Part shown: positions 63,801-64,000 of the stretch, piece by piece
Layout: each line of letters opens with the position of its first letter
Numbering within the stretch: the first letter of the stretch is position 1
NCBI RefSeq assembly: GCF_001194135.2
Contig: NC_068988.1
Location: 53,182,704 to 53,246,703, forward strand
Reading direction: 5' to 3'
Length of the DNA stretch: 64,000 nt
Source: Octopus bimaculoides
Lineage: Eukaryota
The notes under the pieces: generated by a model
Databases searched by the model: none
Seen by the model: only the letters and a program-made list of their open reading frames with translations
Told to the model about the DNA's origin: nothing
Position numbers and translations under genes: made by a program

Positions 63801-64000
63801 TTCAATGATGTATTTACATTAAGTATGATACATTGGTGACTATTTTAATCTAACACTGCTTCCATATTCTAATTCTTATGTTTCTTTTGTTGCAGGTGCC
63901 AGTTGTTGGTTGAGCGTTTCTTAAAACTTGATCTTTCATCTGAGAACTTACAAGCCTTCCTTGAAGATATAAAATTATCACACAACAAGATCAACAAGTT
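8989..64000 (+). CDS. MSH5: MutS homolog 5, partial gene model, 23 exons: join(8989-9110,28506-28615,30134-30169,31311-31396,32786-32831,33831-33969,34707-34769,37104-37175,38423-38479,39626-39698,43859-43968,45171-45251,46678-46723,47200-47241,48735-48831,52084-52173,53376-53502,55330-55482,56765-56839,57998-58138,59311-59448,61736-61809,63896->64000)
   Basis: All exons have AG/GT boundaries with matching phases and splice into one open frame. The translation is colinear with human MSH5 as recalled ([90 protein letters not shown]). N-terminal exons and stop codon are not in view. Confidence 0.96.
9320..9801 (-). mobile_element. SINE family A, contains an N gap
   Basis: Reverse complement of the family A head and 3' end. 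Confidence 0.85.
10134..10220 (+). pseudogene. 5S rRNA-derived segment (5S pseudogene or SINE3 head)
   Basis: tgaaaaataccagttctcgcccaattactgaagctaagcaacattaaaactggccagtacttagatgggtgact aligns without major gaps to invertebrate 5S as recalled (tgaaaacaccggttctcgtccgatcaccgaagttaagcaacgtcg...ggttagtacttggatgggtgacc); A-box and C-box recognisable. Confidence 0.75.
10666..11235 (+). mobile_element. SINE family B, with an artefactual internal duplication across a 10-N gap
   Basis: Reverse complement of the 588-982 element; 10967-11142 repeats 10781-10956. Confidence 0.85.
12380..13175. repeat. Long degenerate (CA)-rich tract; a similar tract lies at 13920-14270
   Basis: Interrupted (ca)n runs with few G/T on the + strand. 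Confidence 0.9.
13185..13592 (+). mobile_element. SINE family A, full length
   Basis: ggcgtaggagtggctgtgtggtaagtagcttgcttaccaaccacatggttccaggttcagtcccactgcgtggcacc...gactgaaacaagtaaaagag; A-box tggctgtgtgg, B-box ggttcagtccc. Confidence 0.9.
16950..17330 (-). mobile_element. SINE family A, diverged
   Basis: Reverse-complement match to the family A body and head. Confidence 0.75.
19475..19700 (+). mobile_element. tRNA-headed SINE, family C (representative copy)
   Basis: ggtggcaagctggcagaatcgttagc...gttctgagttcaaat...tttgcttttgtcctttcagggttggtaaaataagtaccag...agaaagg(att)n. Other copies near 3640(-), 11300, 20110, 20310, 24400, 24820, 29610, 32270(-), 35500, 57790 and 62400. Confidence 0.85.
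19835..20106 (+). mobile_element. Non-autonomous hAT (Charlie-like) element
   Basis: Perfect 8-bp TSD tcttagaa at 19827-19834 and 20107-20114; degenerate TIRs caatggttctcaaagt / agtttaggacccaccg. Confidence 0.75.
20550..20960 (-). mobile_element. RTE LINE 3' end (ORF2 C-terminus plus short 3' UTR)
   Basis: Minus translation ...[22 protein letters not shown]...[21 protein letters not shown] matches the copy at 50239; (gat)n tail. Confidence 0.8.
21040..21330 (+). mobile_element. SINE with family B-like head and a different 3' body
   Basis: Head gcatggctttgtggttagagc...gtggtttcaattcctagactgg; related copy at about 43015-43220. Confidence 0.6.
23005..23362 (-). mobile_element. SINE, family B head with an alternative 3' end
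   Basis: Head as in 588-982; 3' part ...ccagctaggggacacatacgccatagaaactggg is shared with the + copy at about 16380-16620. Confidence 0.75.
25420..26010 (-). mobile_element. Decayed LINE fragment, probably RTE-like C-terminal region
   Basis: Broken minus-strand translation includes ...[12 protein letters not shown]...LAANR... and [16 protein letters not shown], similar to RTE C-termini. Confidence 0.4.
26908..27300 (-). mobile_element. 5'-truncated RTE 3' UTR copy (family D) with ~65-bp subunits
   Basis: Reverse complement of 50810-51250; (gat)n tail. Confidence 0.85.
27505..27905. repeat. (TA)n/(TG)n microsatellite blocks
   Basis: Visible directly. Confidence 0.95.
28506..28615 (+). CDS. 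MSH5: MSH5 exon, 110 nt
   Basis: ttgcag|GTA...CT|gtaagt; [37 protein letters not shown]. Confidence 0.95.
29003..29219 (-). mobile_element. TTAA-flanked piggyBac-like MITE
   Basis: Ends ttaactctttaacattcag / atgctaaagggttaa; homologous to 32920-33147 and 44718-44950. Confidence 0.6.
30134..30169 (+). CDS. MSH5: MSH5 microexon, 36 nt
   Basis: ttttgcag|G...TC|gtaagt; [12 protein letters not shown]; phase 2/2 fits both neighbours. Confidence 0.88.
30507..31060 (-). mobile_element. mariner transposon 3' fragment with one TIR
   Basis: Minus ORF ...[13 protein letters not shown]...[18 protein letters not shown] carries the mariner HDNARPH and YSPDLAPSDY motifs; TIR-like tattgggtcatcccataaataatgc at 30507 at a TA. 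Confidence 0.92.
31311..31396 (+). CDS. MSH5: MSH5 exon, 86 nt
   Basis: tttcag|T...G|gtaaat; [29 protein letters not shown]. Confidence 0.95.
31429..31480. repeat. (GTT)n microsatellite just after an MSH5 donor
   Basis: Visible directly. Confidence 0.95.
32786..32831 (+). CDS. MSH5: MSH5 exon, 46 nt
   Basis: ttttcag|GA...AG|gtaaac; [16 protein letters not shown]. Confidence 0.93.
32920..33147 (+). mobile_element. TTAA-flanked piggyBac-like MITE
   Basis: ttaaccctta...atgctaaagggttaa; same family as 29003 and 44718. Confidence 0.6.
33831..33969 (+). CDS. MSH5: MSH5 exon, 139 nt
   Basis: tttcaag|A...TCT|gtaggt; [46 protein letters not shown]. Confidence 0.9.
34707..34769 (+). CDS. MSH5: MSH5 exon, 63 nt
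   Basis: aaacag|CGA...AAG|gtaaaa; [21 protein letters not shown]. Confidence 0.92.
35705..36127 (+). mobile_element. RTE 3' UTR copy (family D)
   Basis: Tandem subunits, then ...catggaaagcggacgttaaac(gat)n. Confidence 0.85.
37104..37175 (+). CDS. MSH5: MSH5 exon, 72 nt
   Basis: tctcttgacag|ACA...AAG|gtaaac; [24 protein letters not shown]. Confidence 0.9.
37350..38215 (+). mobile_element. Two family D copies separated by a SINE-A 5' fragment (about 37750-37910)
   Basis: Subunit repeats and RTE tail at 37350-37740 and 37910-38215. Confidence 0.8.
38423..38479 (+). CDS. MSH5: MSH5 exon, 57 nt
   Basis: tattttag|ATC...ATA|gtaagt; [19 protein letters not shown]. Confidence 0.92.
39626..39698 (+). 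CDS. MSH5: MSH5 exon, 73 nt
   Basis: ttttttag|GTC...A|gtaagg; [24 protein letters not shown]. Confidence 0.95.
40070..41740 (+). mobile_element. Cluster of six head-to-tail SINE-C copies (starts near 40070, 40845, 41130, 41365, 41545 give five clear copies; one more may lie in the gap) around an R4-like fragment
   Basis: Repeated tggcagaatc...gagttcaaattcc...ttgcctttcat cores separated by (att)n/(gtt)n. Confidence 0.75.
40442..40820 (-). mobile_element. R4/Dong-like non-LTR retrotransposon fragment, restriction-like endonuclease domain
   Basis: Minus [11 protein letters not shown]...IIDIACLAD...[12 protein letters not shown]...[10 protein letters not shown]...[16 protein letters not shown] fits the PD-(D/E)xK RLE C-terminus of R4-clade elements. 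Confidence 0.85.
42655..43010 (-). mobile_element. SINE family A, next to an oppositely oriented A 5' fragment (42520-42650)
   Basis: Reverse-complement match to 13185-13592. Confidence 0.85.
43859..43968 (+). CDS. MSH5: MSH5 exon, 110 nt
   Basis: ctcttcag|AG...CAG|gttggt; [37 protein letters not shown]. Confidence 0.96.
44718..44950 (+). mobile_element. piggyBac-like MITE
   Basis: aaccctttagcatttc...gtagaaaggttaa. Confidence 0.6.
45171..45251 (+). CDS. MSH5: MSH5 exon, 81 nt
   Basis: tgtacag|CTT...GTT|gtaagt; [27 protein letters not shown]. Confidence 0.93.
45280..45730 (-). mobile_element. Two tandem SINE-C copies joined by (taa)n
   Basis: Reverse-complement family C cores with (taa)n at about 45488-45511. 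Confidence 0.8.
45830..46105 (+). mobile_element. RTE 3' UTR copy (family D)
   Basis: Two subunits plus RTE tail. Confidence 0.85.
46678..46723 (+). CDS. MSH5: MSH5 exon, 46 nt
   Basis: attacag|TTT...A|gtgagt; [15 protein letters not shown]. Confidence 0.92.
47200..47241 (+). CDS. MSH5: MSH5 exon, 42 nt
   Basis: tattttcag|AT...G|gtaagg; [14 protein letters not shown]. Confidence 0.93.
48180..48492 (-). mobile_element. SINE family A, diverged
   Basis: Reverse-complement family A head ending ...cttaccacacagccac. Confidence 0.75.
48735..48831 (+). CDS. MSH5: MSH5 exon, 97 nt
   Basis: attacag|AC...TG|gtgagt; [33 protein letters not shown]. Confidence 0.94.
49029..49421 (+). mobile_element. 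SINE family A
   Basis: Near-identical to 13185-13592. Confidence 0.9.
50239..51250 (+). mobile_element. RTE LINE 3' end: ORF2 C-terminus (stop at 50590) plus long 3' UTR with tandem subunits
   Basis: [17 protein letters not shown]...[21 protein letters not shown]...[14 protein letters not shown]...VLEKTRQAK* is an RTE-type C-terminus; the UTR continues into the family D sequence. Confidence 0.9.
51400..51950 (-). mobile_element. Decayed CR1/L2-type LINE 3' end
   Basis: Minus translations LDYWDRLEK... and ...[22 protein letters not shown]...[16 protein letters not shown] match CR1-like RT C-termini. Confidence 0.75.
52084..52173 (+). CDS. MSH5: MSH5 exon, 90 nt
   Basis: ttgagcag|T...AG|gtaggt; [30 protein letters not shown]. 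Confidence 0.93.
52260..52557. mobile_element. Inverted pair of Penelope-like terminal-repeat fragments forming a palindrome
   Basis: Arms 52260-52395 and 52421-52557 are reverse complements with few mismatches around a (taa)n spacer; each has c(c/t)gatg...cagccgaaacgt. Confidence 0.7.
53376..53502 (+). CDS. MSH5: MSH5 exon with Walker A P-loop, 127 nt
   Basis: acaccag|G...CAG|gtgaga; [43 protein letters not shown]. Confidence 0.98.
55330..55482 (+). CDS. MSH5: MSH5 exon with STF motif, 153 nt
   Basis: attatag|GTA...CAG|gtgagt; [51 protein letters not shown]. Confidence 0.97.
56765..56839 (+). CDS. MSH5: MSH5 exon with Walker B, 75 nt
   Basis: cacaaag|ATG...TCG|gtaagt; [25 protein letters not shown]. 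Confidence 0.95.
57352..57786 (+). mobile_element. SINE family A (with gap), followed by SINE-C at 57790-57975
   Basis: Family A head and 3' end present. Confidence 0.85.
57998..58138 (+). CDS. MSH5: MSH5 exon, 141 nt
   Basis: ccaacag|GTT...CTG|gtaagg; [47 protein letters not shown]. Confidence 0.96.
58420..58546. mobile_element. 127-bp MITE-like element with 35-bp TIRs
   Basis: tagataaagatagttatggccagtctatggggtta vs taaccccatagaccagccataactatctttatcta: 33/35 reverse-complement identity, TA at both ends. Confidence 0.75.
59311..59448 (+). CDS. MSH5: MSH5 exon (MutS C-terminal dimerisation region), 138 nt
   Basis: gttaacag|ACA...ATG|gtaagt; [46 protein letters not shown]. Confidence 0.96.
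59965..60270 (-). mobile_element. RTE 3' UTR copy (family D)
   Basis: Reverse-complement subunits and (cat)n. Confidence 0.8.
60483..60865 (+). mobile_element. SINE family A, head-to-head with a minus A fragment at about 60300-60440
   Basis: Near-identical to 13185-13592. Confidence 0.9.
61240..61525 (+). mobile_element. RTE 3' UTR copy (family D)
   Basis: Subunits plus RTE tail after a gap. Confidence 0.85.
61736..61809 (+). CDS. MSH5: MSH5 exon, 74 nt
   Basis: tttctcaag|ATT...TG|gtatgt; [24 protein letters not shown], cf. human VSDLIRSGKPI; phase 0/2 fits. Confidence 0.85.
61844..62384 (+). mobile_element. Non-autonomous hAT element with a nested family D copy (about 61917-62281)
   Basis: TIRs ctgtggttctcaacc / ggttgaagaccgctg; flanking 8-mers atttatag / acttatag (7/8). 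Confidence 0.7.
62761..63170 (-). mobile_element. SINE family A, full length
   Basis: Reverse complement near-identical to 13185-13592 and 60483-60865. Confidence 0.9.
63425..63800. mobile_element. Foldback/MITE-like element with ~52-bp imperfect TIRs
   Basis: aggcaaatttgctatagtatttatccagagataacatctcttatagacatgt pairs with atatgtccataagagatgttatgtcttgacaaataccacagacaatttgcct. Confidence 0.6.
63896..64000 (+). CDS. MSH5: MSH5 probable last coding exon, cut by window end
   Basis: tttgttgcag|G TGC CAG...; [34 protein letters not shown], cf. human CQTLVDKFMKLDL; no stop before 64000. Confidence 0.92.

Noticed and set aside
8989-63896. U12-type or non-canonical introns in MSH5
   Set aside because: All donors are GT with U2-type context; no RTATCCTT donor was seen

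Overview
AT-rich, microsatellite- and SINE-dense eukaryotic DNA from a gapped short-read-style scaffold. The repeat families suggest an octopus (inference). One protein-coding gene spans most of the window: a + strand MSH5 (meiotic MutS homolog 5). I reconstructed it by hand as 23 GT-AG exons from 8989 to the window end (2083 coding nt, about 694 codons, frame continuous). It has Walker [12 protein letters not shown], Walker [10 protein letters not shown] and TNF motifs. The 5' exons were not found and the stop codon lies beyond 64000. Introns hold three tRNA-headed SINE families (labelled A, B, C here), RTE, CR1 and R4/Dong-like LINE remnants, a mariner fragment, hAT- and piggyBac-like MITEs and many microsatellites. 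The best leads are a 5S rRNA-derived segment that may be a SINE3 (about 10134-10650) and a 300-bp palindrome of Penelope-like repeats with degenerate minimal hammerhead-ribozyme motifs next to an exon (52260-52557). Others are an RTE 3' UTR built of ~65-bp tandem subunits, head-to-tail SINE-C clusters at (ATT)n, and inverted repeats flanking exons. Nearly all ORFs in the supplied track are microsatellite or repeat artefacts. Comparisons with human MSH5, 5S rRNA and repeat consensus sequences are from memory; no searches were run. Repeat boundaries are approximate.
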